Below, piece after piece: positions 15,871-27,177 of a stretch of 55,694 nucleotides of DNA. Source of the stretch: Alphaproteobacteria bacterium (GTDB lineage Bacteria; Pseudomonadota; Alphaproteobacteria; UBA6615); the NCBI GenBank assembly GCA_965261975.1, contig CBDHEC010000040.1, positions 1-55,694 on the forward strand, given 5' to 3'. The stretch's first letter is position 1. Each line of letters starts with the position of its first letter. The notes below the pieces were generated by a model. It worked only from the letters and a program-made list of their open reading frames with translations, was not told the DNA's origin and did not search any database. The position numbers were made by a program, and so were the translations under genes.

Positions 15871-17154
15871 ATGAAACCCGCTGCGCGCACTGCCGCCACC
15901 ATCGAAATCCTGACCGAGATTGCCCGCGGTGACGCGCCCGCCGACGCCGTGCTGGCCGATTGGTTTCGTGGTCATCGATTCGCTGGATCGGGCGACCGGC
16001 GCGCTATCCGGGAAGGTGTCTACTCGGATTTCCGCACAGGCGCGCTTCGCCGCTGGATGGTGCAATCCGCCGCCGGCGATCCGGAGAATCCGCGTTTACG
16101 GGTCATCTCCGACTTGGCCCAGAGCGCGCCCGGTGAGGTCGACATGCATTTCGACGGTACCGGCTATGGTCCGGCGCCATTGAGCGATGACGAAACGACG
16201 CTGGTTGCCGCGATCGGCAATCTGGACGCGGCATCCGTACCGCCCCATGTGGCGGCCAATTGCCCAGAGGCCCTCTATCCGTTGTTCCTCGACCAGTGGG
16301 GTGATGTCGCGGCGGACGAGTTGGCGGCGCTGAATCGGACCGCGCCTGTGGATTTGCGGGTGAATACCCTGCGTGCCACGCGCGAAGAGGCGCGCGCGCG
16401 TCTCGCAGCCGATGGATACGCGGCGGACCCGACACCGTTCAGCCCGACGGGTCTACGCAGTGCGACCCGCGGGAATTTTCAGCAACTCGGCGCCTATCGC
16501 GAAGGTATGGTCGAGCCTCAGGACGAATCCAGCCAGCTGGTCACAGCTCTGGTGGACGCGGCGCCGGGCCTGCGGATTGTTGACTATTGCGCCGGTGCGG
16601 GCGGCAAGGCGCTGGCGCTGGCGGCGGGAGCTGGGAACGAGGCTGAAATCGTGGCCTGCGATGTATCGCATTCAAGGCTTGCGCACACGGCTCCCCGCGC
16701 GGAACGGCTGGGTGTCGAGGGTTTGCGAAGTCTCGCCGTTCCGGCCGACGCAGCACCCGCTGAGTTAGTGAACTGGGCGGACCGGGTGTTGATCGATGCC
16801 CCCTGTTCGGGGACGGGCACCTGGCGGCGCAGCCCGGATATGCGATGGCGGACAAACCGGGACACGATCGACGCCTATGCGCGCACTCAAGACAGTCTGC
16901 TCGAGACCGCCGCCACTATGCTGCGTGACGGTGGGCGCATCATCTATGCGGTCTGTTCCGTGCTTGAGCGCGAGGGCCGCGCGCGTGTCGATGAATTTCT
17001 GGCTCGTCATACGGACTTCCAGCGTCTTCCCATAGCCGACGTCCTGGCGCCTGCGTTGGTCGCGAAACTGGGATGCGAGGGGGACCTGGTTTTGACCCCC
17101 AATCGGCACGACACGGACGGTATGTATGCCGCGGTACTGACGCGTCTGCCCTGA
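15871..17154 (+). CDS. RsmB/NOP family RNA methyltransferase
   Basis: QDESSQL, DYCAGAGGKALAL, DAPCSGTGTWRR, YAVCS. Confidence 0.9.
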   Translation: MKPAARTAATIEILTEIARGDAPADAVLADWFRGHRFAGSGDRRAIREGVYSDFRTGALRRWMVQSAAGDPENPRLRVISDLAQSAPGEVDMHFDGTGYGPAPLSDDETTLVAAIGNLDAASVPPHVAANCPEALYPLFLDQWGDVAADELAALNRTAPVDLRVNTLRATREEARARLAADGYAADPTPFSPTGLRSATRGNFQQLGAYREGMVEPQDESSQLVTALVDAAPGLRIVDYCAGAGGKALALAAGAGNEAEIVACDVSHSRLAHTAPRAERLGVEGLRSLAVPADAAPAELVNWADRVLIDAPCSGTGTWRRSPDMRWRTNRDTIDAYARTQDSLLETAATMLRDGGRIIYAVCSVLEREGRARVDEFLARHTDFQRLPIADVLAPALVAKLGCEGDLVLTPNRHDTDGMYAAVLTRLP

Positions 17155-17235
17155 TTGTTTTTGCGCGCGCGCCGGCCTGTGGATGAAGCCGATCAGCGCT
17201 AGTGCGGGGCGAATTCGAATCGGCTAAATATCCCT

Positions 17236-18804
17236 ATGGCTACATCGCTTCCCGTTTCCGAAAAAATCCTCATCGTCGACTTTGGTTCGCAGGTCACCCA
17301 GCTGATCGCGCGGCGCGTTCGTGAATCCGGGGTCTACAGCGAAATTCATCCCTGTTTCCGGATCGACAAGGCATTCGTCGAGGGTTTCGCGCCCGATGCG
17401 ATCATTCTGTCGGGCGGCCCCGCCAGCGTGATGGCGGACGAGGCCCCGATGGTCGACCCGATCGTCTTCGAGCGCGGCGTGCCGGTGCTCGGCATCTGCT
17501 ACGGCCAGCAGCTCATGTGTCATGCGCTTGGGGGCGTGGTCGAAGATTCCGATCACCAGGAATTCGGCCGTGCGCTCCTCGAAGTAACCGACCATTGCGG
17601 CCTGTTTCACCGGGTCTGGCTGCCGGGCACCGTGCCCGAGGTCTGGATGTCTCATGGTGACCGGGTGACCGGGCTCCCTGAGGGTTTTCGGCCTGTTGCG
17701 ACGAGCCCCGGTGCGCCGTTCGCGGCCATCGCGGACGATGACCGAAAATTCTACGGGGTCCAGTTTCATCCCGAGGTCGTGCACACCAAGGACGGCGCGC
17801 GGCTGCTGTCGAATTTCGTCCACCATGTGGCCGGCTGCCGCGGCGACTGGACCATGGCCGCGTTCCGCGCTGCCGAGATCAAGAAAATACACGAACAGGT
17901 CGGCGACGGAACCGTGATTTGCGGGCTTTCCGGCGGCGTCGACAGCTCCGTTGCCGCGGTGCTGATCCACGAGGCGATCGGCGATCAGCTGAACTGCATC
18001 TTCGTCGATCACGGATTGTTGCGGGCCGGCGAGGTGGAAGAGGTGGAGCAGGTGTTCCGCGACCGGTTCAATATTTCGCTGGTCGTGCGCGATGCAAAGG
18101 ACATGTTCCTCGACAAGCTTCAGGGGGTCTCGGACCCGGAGACGAAGCGCAAGATCATTGGCGGCACCTTCATCGATGTGTTCGAGGAAGAGGCGGCAAA
18201 GGTCGGCGGGGCGGACTTCCTCGCCCAGGGAACGCTCTATCCAGACGTCATCGAATCCGTCAGCCCGTTTGGCGGGCCGAGCGCGACCATCAAGTCCCAC
18301 CATAATGTGGGTGGCCTGCCCGAGCGCATGAACATGGAGCTGGTCGAGCCGCTGCGCGAACTGTTCAAAGACGAGGTACGCGATCTCGGCCGCGAACTGG
18401 GGATGCCCCATGAAATCGTGGGGCGCCACCCGTTCCCGGGGCCGGGGTTGGCGATCCGGATGCCGGGCGACTTCGACCGCGAGAAGCTCGAAATTCTGCG
18501 CCAGGCGGATGCGATCTACCTCGACGAGATCCGCAAGGCGGGGCTCTATGATTCGATCTGGCAGGCCTTCGCCGTGCTGCTGCCCGTGCGGACCGTCGGC
18601 GTGATGGGCGATGCACGGACCTACGACCATGTCTGCGCCCTGCGGGCCGTGACCTCGACCGACGGCATGACGGCCGACAGCTATCCCTTCGAGCACGCCT
18701 TCGTGGCGGGCGTGGCGACGCGCATCATCAACGAGGTGCGCGGGATCAACCGTGTGGTCTACGATGTAACATCGAAGCCGCCCGGTACGATCGAATGGGA
18801 ATAG
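17236..18804 (+). CDS. guaA: GMP synthase (glutamine-hydrolysing)
   Basis: [42 protein letters not shown]. Confidence 0.98.
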   Translation: MATSLPVSEKILIVDFGSQVTQLIARRVRESGVYSEIHPCFRIDKAFVEGFAPDAIILSGGPASVMADEAPMVDPIVFERGVPVLGICYGQQLMCHALGGVVEDSDHQEFGRALLEVTDHCGLFHRVWLPGTVPEVWMSHGDRVTGLPEGFRPVATSPGAPFAAIADDDRKFYGVQFHPEVVHTKDGARLLSNFVHHVAGCRGDWTMAAFRAAEIKKIHEQVGDGTVICGLSGGVDSSVAAVLIHEAIGDQLNCIFVDHGLLRAGEVEEVEQVFRDRFNISLVVRDAKDMFLDKLQGVSDPETKRKIIGGTFIDVFEEEAAKVGGADFLAQGTLYPDVIESVSPFGGPSATIKSHHNVGGLPERMNMELVEPLRELFKDEVRDLGRELGMPHEIVGRHPFPGPGLAIRMPGDFDREKLEILRQADAIYLDEIRKAGLYDSIWQAFAVLLPVRTVGVMGDARTYDHVCALRAVTSTDGMTADSYPFEHAFVAGVATRIINEVRGINRVVYDVTSKPPGTIEWE

Positions 18805-18817
18805 CCCGCGAAGCACG

Positions 18818-19552
18818 ATGACCGAGACGAACGCACTAGGCTTGCCGGTCGGCCCTGTCGTCGCCGACTGGACGCCACCGCGGCGCCCGCCGCATGAGCC
18901 CCTGTTGGGGCAATACTGCCGGCTGGAGCCGCTGGATATCGCAGCCCATGGTGCCGATCTGCATGACCATTTCATCGAAGACACGGACGGTCGTGATTGG
19001 TCTTATCTGCCCTACGGGCCGTTTGAGAACCTCGATGCCTTCGAAGCGTGGATGACCGAGGCCTGCTTCGACGCGGACCCGTTCTTCTATGCCATTATCG
19101 ATGCCGCAACGGGACGTGCGGCGGGCATGGTAAGTTACATGCGGATCAACCCGCCGCATGGCTCGATCGAGGTCGGACATGTGCATTATTCGCCCGCGAT
19201 ACAGCGTGGCCGGGTGACGAGCGAGGCCATGTATCTGATGATGCGATGGGCCTTCGAGGCGGGTTATCGACGCTATGAGTGGAAATGCCACAGTTTCAAT
19301 CGCCCGTCGCGGATTGCGGCCCAGCGGCTGGGGTTTTCCTACGAGGGTGTGTTCCGTGACCATATGATCCACCGGGGTCGCTCTCGCGATACGGCCTGGT
19401 ATGCCTGCGTCCTGGCAGAATGGCCGGACCTGAAGGTTGCTTACGAAACTTGGCTGGACCCGGATAATTTCCAGGCGGACGGCACCCAGAAACGGCGTCT
19501 GTCGGCGCTTACAAAGCCCGTCCTGGTGGCTATTGATCCGGAGATCGAGTGA
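18818..19552 (+). CDS. GNAT acetyltransferase (RimJ/RimL type)
   Basis: GSIEVGHV, GYRRYEWKC..N..S..AAQRLGFSYEGVFR, RDTAWY. Confidence 0.9.
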   Translation: MTETNALGLPVGPVVADWTPPRRPPHEPLLGQYCRLEPLDIAAHGADLHDHFIEDTDGRDWSYLPYGPFENLDAFEAWMTEACFDADPFFYAIIDAATGRAAGMVSYMRINPPHGSIEVGHVHYSPAIQRGRVTSEAMYLMMRWAFEAGYRRYEWKCHSFNRPSRIAAQRLGFSYEGVFRDHMIHRGRSRDTAWYACVLAEWPDLKVAYETWLDPDNFQADGTQKRRLSALTKPVLVAIDPEIE

Positions 19553-20808
19553 TGACCGAAGACCGTTCGAAGGCGGATACCGAAGAGCCCGATTACAAGG
19601 TCACGGCCGGTCGGCCGGACACAACCACGCGCGCGGGAAGGCTCAAGATGCTCTACCCGACGATCGGGGATTTGCGCGCAAAGGCACGCAAGCGGGTGCC
19701 GCGTTTTGCCTTCGACTATGTCGACGGTGCCGCGGGGGCGGATGAGCCGAACCGAAAGGGCAATGCCGCGGCGCTGGACGGCATTGAGATATTGCCGCGA
19801 TACGGGGTCGAGAATTATCGCGCCGACACCTCGGTCGAGCTGTTCGGCAAGCGCTATGCGGGGCCGTTCGCCATCGCGCCCATGGGGCTGCCGGGTCTTG
19901 TGCTGCCGGGCGGCGAGAAGGTCTTTGCCCGCGCCGCTGCCGCGAACGAGATACCGTTCACGCTTGGCAGTTCGGCGCTGGCCACTGTCGAAGAGGTGGC
20001 CGAACTGGCGGAGGGCTTTGCGTGGTTCCAGATCTATCGGATGCCGCGTGATGACCTCGCAATCAATATGGACTGGATCGCCCGGGCGACAGCCGCACAG
20101 GTCGCTGCTCTGGTGGTCACCATTGACGTGCCCGCGCGCACCAAGCGACCGCGCGAACTGCGCAACCGGCTGGTGCTGCCCTATCGGATCGGTCCGCGCA
20201 CGATCGCCGATGTGGTGACCCGTCCGGCCTGGTTGCGTGCCTATTTCCGCAACGGCCAGAACCTGTTTGCCAACATGCAGAAATATGTCGGCGACAATCC
20301 GACACCCGCGGAGGCGGCAGAGTTTGCGCGCGGGGAGGGTGGGGGCTCCTTCACCTGGGACGAGATCGCACGGTTCCGCGACGCCTGGAAAGGGCCGCTG
20401 ATTATCAAGGGCATCCTGCACCCGGGCGACGCGGAGAAGTCGGTCGCGCTCGGGGCGGATGGCATCGTCGTCTCAAATCACGGCGGTCGCCAGCTCGAGG
20501 CTGCACCGGCCTCGGTGGATATGCTGCCGGGCATCGTTGCGGCAGCCGGTGGACGGACGGAGATTCTGTTCGACGGGGGTTTGCGCAGCGGGGTGGACCT
20601 CATGCGAACCACCGCGCTGGGCGCACGGTTCAACCTGATCGGCCGCGCTTTCATGTACGGGCTGGCGGCGCTGGGTGATGAGGGCCCGGACTTCGTTGCC
20701 GATTTCTTTATCGAGGAACTGCGCGAGGCGCTGCGCCAGGCCGGCGCGCATGATCTTGCAGCCGCCCGCGACCTGGACCTCCGGCACCCGACGGCCTGGG
20801 ACTTCTAG
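19549..20808 (+). CDS. FMN-dependent alpha-hydroxy acid dehydrogenase (LldD/MdlB-like)
   Basis: FDYVDG, IAPMG, WFQIY, IIKGIL, VSNHGGRQLE, DGGLRSG.D. Confidence 0.9.
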   Translation: MMTEDRSKADTEEPDYKVTAGRPDTTTRAGRLKMLYPTIGDLRAKARKRVPRFAFDYVDGAAGADEPNRKGNAAALDGIEILPRYGVENYRADTSVELFGKRYAGPFAIAPMGLPGLVLPGGEKVFARAAAANEIPFTLGSSALATVEEVAELAEGFAWFQIYRMPRDDLAINMDWIARATAAQVAALVVTIDVPARTKRPRELRNRLVLPYRIGPRTIADVVTRPAWLRAYFRNGQNLFANMQKYVGDNPTPAEAAEFARGEGGGSFTWDEIARFRDAWKGPLIIKGILHPGDAEKSVALGADGIVVSNHGGRQLEAAPASVDMLPGIVAAAGGRTEILFDGGLRSGVDLMRTTALGARFNLIGRAFMYGLAALGDEGPDFVADFFIEELREALRQAGAHDLAAARDLDLRHPTAWDF

Positions 20809-21828
20809 TCCGCGCTGCGAATGAACGCTTCAGCGTGACGCTCAACGGCGTCGATCTGGGTCTGTTTTTCACTGTCTGGCAGAAATGACGCCGCGAAGGA
20901 GTTCTTCGCCAGGGTCACGATATCGCCCGGCGACAGGCCGAGGGCGTCGGTCACGGCCCGGTAGTTGTCGTTGATGTAGCCGCCGAAATAGGACGGGTCG
21001 TCGGAATTGACCGTGACCAGCAGGCCGGCATCCATTGCCCGCTTGACCGGATGATCCGCCATCCGGTCGATGCCCTTGAGGCGCAGGTTCGACAGGGGGC
21101 ACATGGTCAGCGGTATCTGCTCGCGCACGAGGCGGGCGACGAGCGCCGGGTCGTCGAGCGCGTGGTTGCCATGATCCACGCGCGACACCTGCAGAGTATC
21201 GAGGGCGTCGACAACATAGTCGGCGGGGCCTTCTTCGCCGGCATGGGCGACGGCGAGGAAGCCCTCCTGGCGCGCCTCGGCGTAGACCCGTGCAAAATTT
21301 GCGGGCGGATTTCCCGCCTCGCCGGAATCTAGCCCCACGGCGTGAATATGCTCCTTATGGCGGCAGGCCGATTGGAGCGCGTCGAAAGCCTGCTCCTCGG
21401 GCAGATGGCGCAGGAAGCACATGATCAGCTTCGAGCTGATGCCGAGTTCGGCCCGGCCCTGCTCAAGCGCCGAGACGATGCCCCCGAGCACGGTCTCGAA
21501 GGCGATGCCCCGGTCTGTGTGCCCCTGGGGGTCGAAGAATATCTCCACATTGGGTGACGCCTTGTGCGGCGACTTTCTCCAGATAGGCCCAGGTCAGGTC
21601 GTGAAAATCCCGCGTCTCGATGAGCACGGACATGCCGGCATAGTAGAGATCGAGGAAGTCCTGAAGCCCGTCGAACTCATAGGCCGCGCGGATTTCCTCG
21701 ACATTCTCGTAGGGCAGGGTGACGTTGTTGCGCTTTGCCAGCGCGAGCATCATCTCGGGCTCGAGCGTGCCTTCGATATGCAGGTGCAACTCTGCCTTCG
21801 GCAACTTGTCGATCAAGGTGTCGGTCAA
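20805..21828 (-). pseudogene. add: Adenosine/adenine deaminase, frameshifted near 21550 (probable sequence error)
   Basis: LPKAELHLHIEGTLEPE in one frame; EIFFDPQ, AHAGEEG, MCPLSN and NSDDPSYFGG in another. Removing one base restores GVTHVEIFF. Confidence 0.85.
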
Positions 21829-22067
21829 CGGAAGTATCCAGCATCTGGTTCCAAGGGGATCTCGCTGGCCACAGTATCACGCCGGGCATGCCGTTGGTGC
21901 GCCGTGTCGTCGCGGGCATGCACGAGGTCACAAGGCCGTGAAAGATGTTTATCGCGTGTTCGGCCTTCCCTAATCTAGTGGGCAAACCAAATTGCATTAT
22001 TCTTCGTATCCAATAACAGCCGCTGTTTCGGCTGATCGCGCCAAGGCCAAACAATTGGAAGACCGAG

Positions 22068-22557
22068 ATGACTACTGATGCATTCACACGCAGGACAGTC
22101 CTCGCCGCCGGCATGGCCGCGATGGTGACCGGGGCATCCGGGTTGCTCGTACCCGCGCGCGCCCAGGGGCTCGCGCCCGACCAGGACCATGCGTGGTGGC
22201 GCCAACAACTATCAGCCCGGGGCGCCGATCGTGGAACGGATCGGCGGTGGGGGGTTCTGGATGTCCGGTACCGTGCGCCGGGCAGGCGATGGCGCACCGA
22301 TCCCCGGCCAGCGCATCCAGATCTGGGCGCATACGACCGAAGGGCGTGAGCGCGATCCGCACAGCCATGGCGCGACGCTGACGGATGCGGATGGCGTGTT
22401 CCGCCTGGAGATGCCGCAGATCGTGCCGACATTCGGACAGCCCCATGGTCATCTCGCCTATGATGGCGGTGACTTCGAAACCGTATTCCTGCGCCCGGTC
22501 ATGCGAAGCGCCGAGCAGACCAGTCTCCGCGCGGACTTTGTGCTCAAACCTGCCTGA
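22068..22557 (+). pseudogene. Tat-exported intradiol dioxygenase-like protein, frameshifted near 22176
   Basis: TRRTVL Tat signal, then GGANNY.PGAP, IQIWAHT and GQPHGHL in the next frame; one extra C in GCGCCCGACC. Confidence 0.7.
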
Positions 22558-22562
22558 TACCG

Positions 22563-23198
22563 ATGAATGAACCGCGAAAGTGCCGGATCCCCGGGTCATT
22601 GATCTGGGCGGCGCTTGTGATCGTCGTCGCGGTGCCGATTGCTGCGGCAGCCCTTCAGCCCCCAGCTCGCCTGGCGCGATCCTGTTTATATCGTGGCGGG
22701 GTGTGCCGGCGTTGTAGCGATGGCCCTCCTGCTTCTGCAGGCCTCTGCTGGCGGGCGGCTACCTTCCCGACCTTTCGACTGCCCTGCGCCGCCACATTCA
22801 TCGATGGGTCGGCGCGGCTCTCGTTACCGCCGTAGCTATCCCACGTCGTCGGCCTTTGGATTACCAGCCCGCCGGACGCCCTGGATGCGCTCCTGTTCCG
22901 GGCGCCGACATTCTTTTCCGCCTGGGGCGTGATTGCCATGTGGACCCTGTTCGGCGCGGCGCTGCTTGCGATACTGCTGCGGCGGCTCCGCCTGCGATGG
23001 TGGGTCTGGCGCCTGGGACACACCTCGCTGGCATTGATCACCGTGATCGGCAGCGTTGTGCATGCCCTGCTCATTCAGGGGACCATGGAGACGACCACGA
23101 AAGTCATACTTTGCACGGTCGTCGTTCTGGCGACGGTGAAGGTTTTGGTGGATCTGCGGGTGTGGACGACCGACACCCGCCGGAAACGGCAGGTCTGA
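22563..23198 (+). pseudogene. Ferric reductase-like membrane protein, three +1 frameshifts
   Basis: Segments [38 protein letters not shown] and HALLIQGTM join after removing single bases near 22652, 22740 and 22840. Confidence 0.75.
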
Positions 23199-23266
23199 CA
23201 CACTGCGGCGGGTCACTACGGACACCCTTAACGTCCAGGCGCAATTGGCGTATGAGTTTGTGCATC

Positions 23267-24281
23267 ATGCCAGAGATGGAAAAATCTTCCGTCGCGCCAC
23301 TGTCCGTGGCGCCGATGATGGACTGGACGGATCGCCATGAGCGGTTCTTCCTGCGCCAGATCAGCGCCCATGCACGGCTGTACACGGAAATGGTCACCAC
23401 CGGGGCGATTCTGCACGGGCCGCGCGACAGGGCTGCTCGCCTTCGACCCGGCCGAGCATCCGGTGGCCCTGCAGCTGGGGGGCGCCGATCCGGCTGCACT
23501 GGCGGAATGCGCGCGTATCGGGGCGGATCTCGGCTACGACGAAATCAATCTCAACGTCGGCTGCCCGTCCGACCGGGTGCAGTCCGGGCGGTTCGGCGCC
23601 TGCCTGATGGCGGAGCCCGACCTGGTGGCCGACAGCGTGGCGGCGATGCGCGGGGCGGTCGAGGTTCCGGTGACGGTCAAGCACCGGATCGCGCTCGACG
23701 ATCAGCCCGATTGGGACACACTCATCGATTTCGTGGACCGGGTGGCCGCGGCCGGGTGCGAGCGTTTCATCGTGCATGCCCGCAAGGCTTGGCTCGAGGG
23801 CCTGAGCCCGCGTGAGAACCGCGAGGTGCCGCCGCTGCACTATGATCTGGTGTATCGCTTGAAGGCGGAGCGACCGGATTTACACGTGACGATCAATGGC
23901 GGGATCGAAGATCTGGATGCGGCCGCCGAACATCTGTGTCATGTGGACGGCGTGATGCTGGGCCGTGCGGCCTATCAGAACCCCTACGTGCTGGCGGAAG
24001 CGGACCGGCGGTTTTTCGGTGCAGCGACCGACGCGAAGAGCCGCCATGATGTCATCGAGGCCTATTGCCCCTATATCGAACGCGAAATCGCTGCGGGTCG
24101 CCATCTCGTGGGCATGACGCGGCATATCCTGGGTTTGTTCAACGGGCTGCGCGGGGCGCGGGCCTGGCGGCGCTATCTCTCCGAGAATGCGCCCGGCTTT
24201 GGCGGCTCGCCGGCCGAGGCCGCCGCACTTGTCCGCGAGGCCGCGAGCTTCGTTGAGGATGATCGCCGCGTCGCCGCCTAG
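23267..24281 (+). pseudogene. dusA: tRNA dihydrouridine synthase DusA, frameshifted near 23430 (probable sequence error)
   Basis: [18 protein letters not shown], then [31 protein letters not shown] and VHARKAWL; one extra G in GACAGGGCT. Confidence 0.9.
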
Positions 24282-25237
24282 ACGTATCCGCCGACCAGCC
24301 AGGATTCAGTGCCGCCCAGCCCCGACTTGAAGCGTTCGACGCCGGGCGCCTCGGCGCTGATGCCGCCCAGATCGAAAGCCTCGAAACCATCTCGTTTCAG
24401 AAGCTCGATGGCGCGCCAGAGCAATGTATGCGTGGCGCGGAGGTCGCGGCCGGCCTCTCCGGTCCAGCCGACCAGATATGTGGCCGCCTTGCCTTGTTGG
24501 GCGAGCAGGATCCCGGCGACGGGTGCGCCGGCATGTTCGCCGACCAGCAAGCGTAGACCCGCGGTTGCGTTGCCGTGGCGGTGCAGCGCGTCGATCAGGC
24601 CGCCCGAGGGGCCGCGATAGCCGCCCAGTTCCATATGTTCCGTGTGTTGCGCCATCAGCCAGCCGAGGCGGGTGGCGTCCCGATCGTCGATGATCGTGAG
24701 CTCGTTCCGTTCCCCCTGGACGAGCGCGTTGCGCCAATTCTGTTTCTGCTCGCCGCGCAGCTCCTCGAGCGGTTTCGTCAGGTCGAGCCAGATGGTCCGG
24801 TAGCCTTCCGCAACCCGCTTGAAGCCGGCCGTCAGCATCTGCACGCGATGCTCGGGCGTGTCCTCGAGCTCGGGATGAAATGTGACCGGCCGACCGCGGC
24901 GCAGACGGAACCGCTTGCGCAGCAGCTCGAAGGCGAGTTTCTGCATCTGCCCGGGGATCTCGTCATATACCCAGAGCGGACCGCGGTAGATCGTCTGGCT
25001 GCCGGGCGTGCGCAGGATCGGCTTGCCGTGGGCAACCACCAGTCCGATGGGCTGGTTGTTGAAGCGGATCAGGCCGAAATCGGCCTTGGCGCCCTGCACC
25101 TCGTGCAGCGCCAGGGCATAGGTCGAGGTCTGGGTAAGGCTGGGCCGTTTGCACGCGGCGAGCATCGTGTCCCACTGGTCGCGCCCGTGGCGGTTCCAGA
25201 CGATCCGGAACGGGTTGAGGTCCGGGGCGCTCGACAT
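24278..25237 (-). CDS. FemAB-like/GNAT family protein
   Basis: RGPLW, TIWLDL..KQNWRNAL, ATYLVGW, LLWRAI..FDLGG..GVERFKSGLGG. Confidence 0.75.
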   Translation of the reverse strand: MSSAPDLNPFRIVWNRHGRDQWDTMLAACKRPSLTQTSTYALALHEVQGAKADFGLIRFNNQPIGLVVAHGKPILRTPGSQTIYRGPLWVYDEIPGQMQKLAFELLRKRFRLRRGRPVTFHPELEDTPEHRVQMLTAGFKRVAEGYRTIWLDLTKPLEELRGEQKQNWRNALVQGERNELTIIDDRDATRLGWLMAQHTEHMELGGYRGPSGGLIDALHRHGNATAGLRLLVGEHAGAPVAGILLAQQGKAATYLVGWTGEAGRDLRATHTLLWRAIELLKRDGFEAFDLGGISAEAPGVERFKSGLGGTESWLVGGYV

Positions 25238-25243
25238 GCCGGG

Positions 25244-26146
25244 TCAGCTCGTACTCGCAGGGGCATCACCAAGCGCAAGCCGGAGATCACCGCCATGGTT
25301 TTCGAGCAATGCCTGTGCGTCGGCCAGGGACATCCCCCGGGCGATCAGCACGGCGGGTTTGACGGCGTTTTCGCTCGCCGCCAGTGCCGCACGTGCGGCG
25401 TCTTCCTCGACGCCGGACGCCTCCATGACGATCCGTGCGGCCCTGTCGCGTAGCTTGTCGCTCGACGCAATCACGTCGACCATCATGCCCCGATAGACCC
25501 TGCCGAGGCGGATCATGATCAGGGTGGAGAGAAGATTGAGCGTGATCTTCTGGGCGGTGCCGGCGGTCATGCGGGTCGAGCCCCCGATTGGCTCGGGGCC
25601 GGTTTCGAGCAGGATCGGATGCGCGGCGGCCTCCAACAGGGGCGAGCCGGCATTGTTGGCGATGCCGATGGTCACCGCGCCGGCCTCGCGTGCCGCTGTG
25701 CACGCCGCCAGTGCATAAGGGGTGACACCGCTGGCCGACAGCGTCACGCACACATCCGCGGGGCCAACATCGATGGCGCCCGCATCCCGGCGCGCCTGGT
25801 CGGAATCGTCTTCCGCACCCTCGGCGGTCTGGGTGAGGGCGCCCGGGCCGCCGGCGATCAGATAGGCCAGCCGCGCATGGGGCCAGCCGAAGGTCGGTAC
25901 AAGCTCGACACCATCCTGGACCCCGAGGCGGATCGATGTTCCCGCACCGCCATAGATGAGGCGGCCAGCCGGGTTCTCGCGTAACCGTGTGGCCGCCGCG
26001 CGCGCGGCGGTCGTCAGTGCGCGGACGGAGTCGCGTACCGCGGACAGCCCGTTTGACTGGGCATCGAGGATGGCAGCGGCGATGTCTTCGTCGCTACGGG
26101 TTTCCAGGTCGCGAAATGCTTCTGCGAATTCTTCGGTTTTACGCAT
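25244..26146 (-). CDS. murQ: N-acetylmuramic acid 6-phosphate etherase
   Basis: GAGTSIRLGVQDGVELVPTFG, EGAEDD, TGPEPIGGSTRMTAGTAQK, N-terminal SIS domain. Confidence 0.92.
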   Translation of the reverse strand: MRKTEEFAEAFRDLETRSDEDIAAAILDAQSNGLSAVRDSVRALTTAARAAATRLRENPAGRLIYGGAGTSIRLGVQDGVELVPTFGWPHARLAYLIAGGPGALTQTAEGAEDDSDQARRDAGAIDVGPADVCVTLSASGVTPYALAACTAAREAGAVTIGIANNAGSPLLEAAAHPILLETGPEPIGGSTRMTAGTAQKITLNLLSTLIMIRLGRVYRGMMVDVIASSDKLRDRAARIVMEASGVEEDAARAALAASENAVKPAVLIARGMSLADAQALLENHGGDLRLALGDAPASTS

Positions 26147-26271
26147 GTGCCACTTTGCCTGAGATCACGAATCCTCCATAGCATATGTAATCGCGCCGCC
26201 CATTTCCCAAACATGAGGCCGCGGGAGCTCGTGTAGGATGGCGCTATGAAAGGGTATGGCTGCGTCTGGCG

Positions 26272-27177
26272 ATGAACGAACGTTTATATTGTTGCGTTGA
26301 CGGCGGTGCCAGCAACACGCGGGTCGCCCTGTATGACGAGTCGGGTCACAGGCTTGGCCTGACCGTGACGGGGCCGACAAGCCTGACCGTGCGCGGTACG
26401 CAAGCGTGGGATGAAATCCTGGGCGCGCTGGAAAACCTGTCGCGCGCCGTCGCGCTGGATGGCGAGTATTTGTCCCATACCCATTTCGGCATCGGTCTTG
26501 CCGGGGCGAACAACAACGCCCAACGACAGAAGTTCATGGATGCCGGGCCCCCGGCGGGCGGGCTGCGGGTCTCGACGGATGCCTATATCGCAGCACTCGG
26601 CGCCCATGGCGGGGCACCCGGGGCGGTGATCATCATCGGCACCGGGAGCGTGGGTTACCGCATCGAGGCGGCAGGCCGGTGCCGGCTTGTCGGCGGATGG
26701 GGCTTTCCCATCGGTGACGAGGGTAGCGGCGCCTGGATCGGTCGGCGCGCGGTCGTACAGGTCGCGCAGATCGTCGACACGCGGTTCCGAAAACGGGTCA
26801 CCGATATGCATCATGCGGTGATGGCGCAGACCGGTCAGTCACGCGACGCGCTTCTGGACTGGCTGTTGGCCGCACCACCGGCACAGTTCGCGGAGCTCGC
26901 ACCCCTGGTCGTTGAACATGCAGGCTGGGGAGACACGGCAGCACTCGAGATCGTCAGTGAAGCGGGACGTGAGATCGATGCGCTGGCAGAGGCGCTGGAT
27001 TCCGGCCGCAAGATTCCGCTGGCGCTGGTGGGCGGGTTGGCCGAACCTCTGGACGCGTTCCTGCCCGACCGCCTGCGAAACTGGGTGCGGGCGCCGAAGG
27101 AAGATCCCGTGAGCGGCGCGTTGATGCTGGCCCAGGGGCGCGCGCCGGACGAAACAATCATGTGGCAAAACCGATGA
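26272..27177 (+). CDS. BadF/BadG-type N-acetylglucosamine kinase
   Basis: VDGGASNTR, GLAGAN, IIGTGSV, GGWGFPIGDEGSGAWIG. Confidence 0.85.
   Translation: MNERLYCCVDGGASNTRVALYDESGHRLGLTVTGPTSLTVRGTQAWDEILGALENLSRAVALDGEYLSHTHFGIGLAGANNNAQRQKFMDAGPPAGGLRVSTDAYIAALGAHGGAPGAVIIIGTGSVGYRIEAAGRCRLVGGWGFPIGDEGSGAWIGRRAVVQVAQIVDTRFRKRVTDMHHAVMAQTGQSRDALLDWLLAAPPAQFAELAPLVVEHAGWGDTAALEIVSEAGREIDALAEALDSGRKIPLALVGGLAEPLDAFLPDRLRNWVRAPKEDPVSGALMLAQGRAPDETIMWQNR

Noticed and set aside
17224-18984. Long antisense or alternate-frame ORFs (e.g. 17224-18984, 31431-32750, 51104-52123, and the 5' extension of 38584-40305)
   Set aside because: Shadow frames of well-conserved genes in high-GC DNA, with no recognisable motifs.
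18804-23300. Genomic island between guaA and dusA, both known integration hotspots
   Set aside because: No integrase, flanking direct repeats or evident compositional shift; the genes are ordinary metabolic ones.
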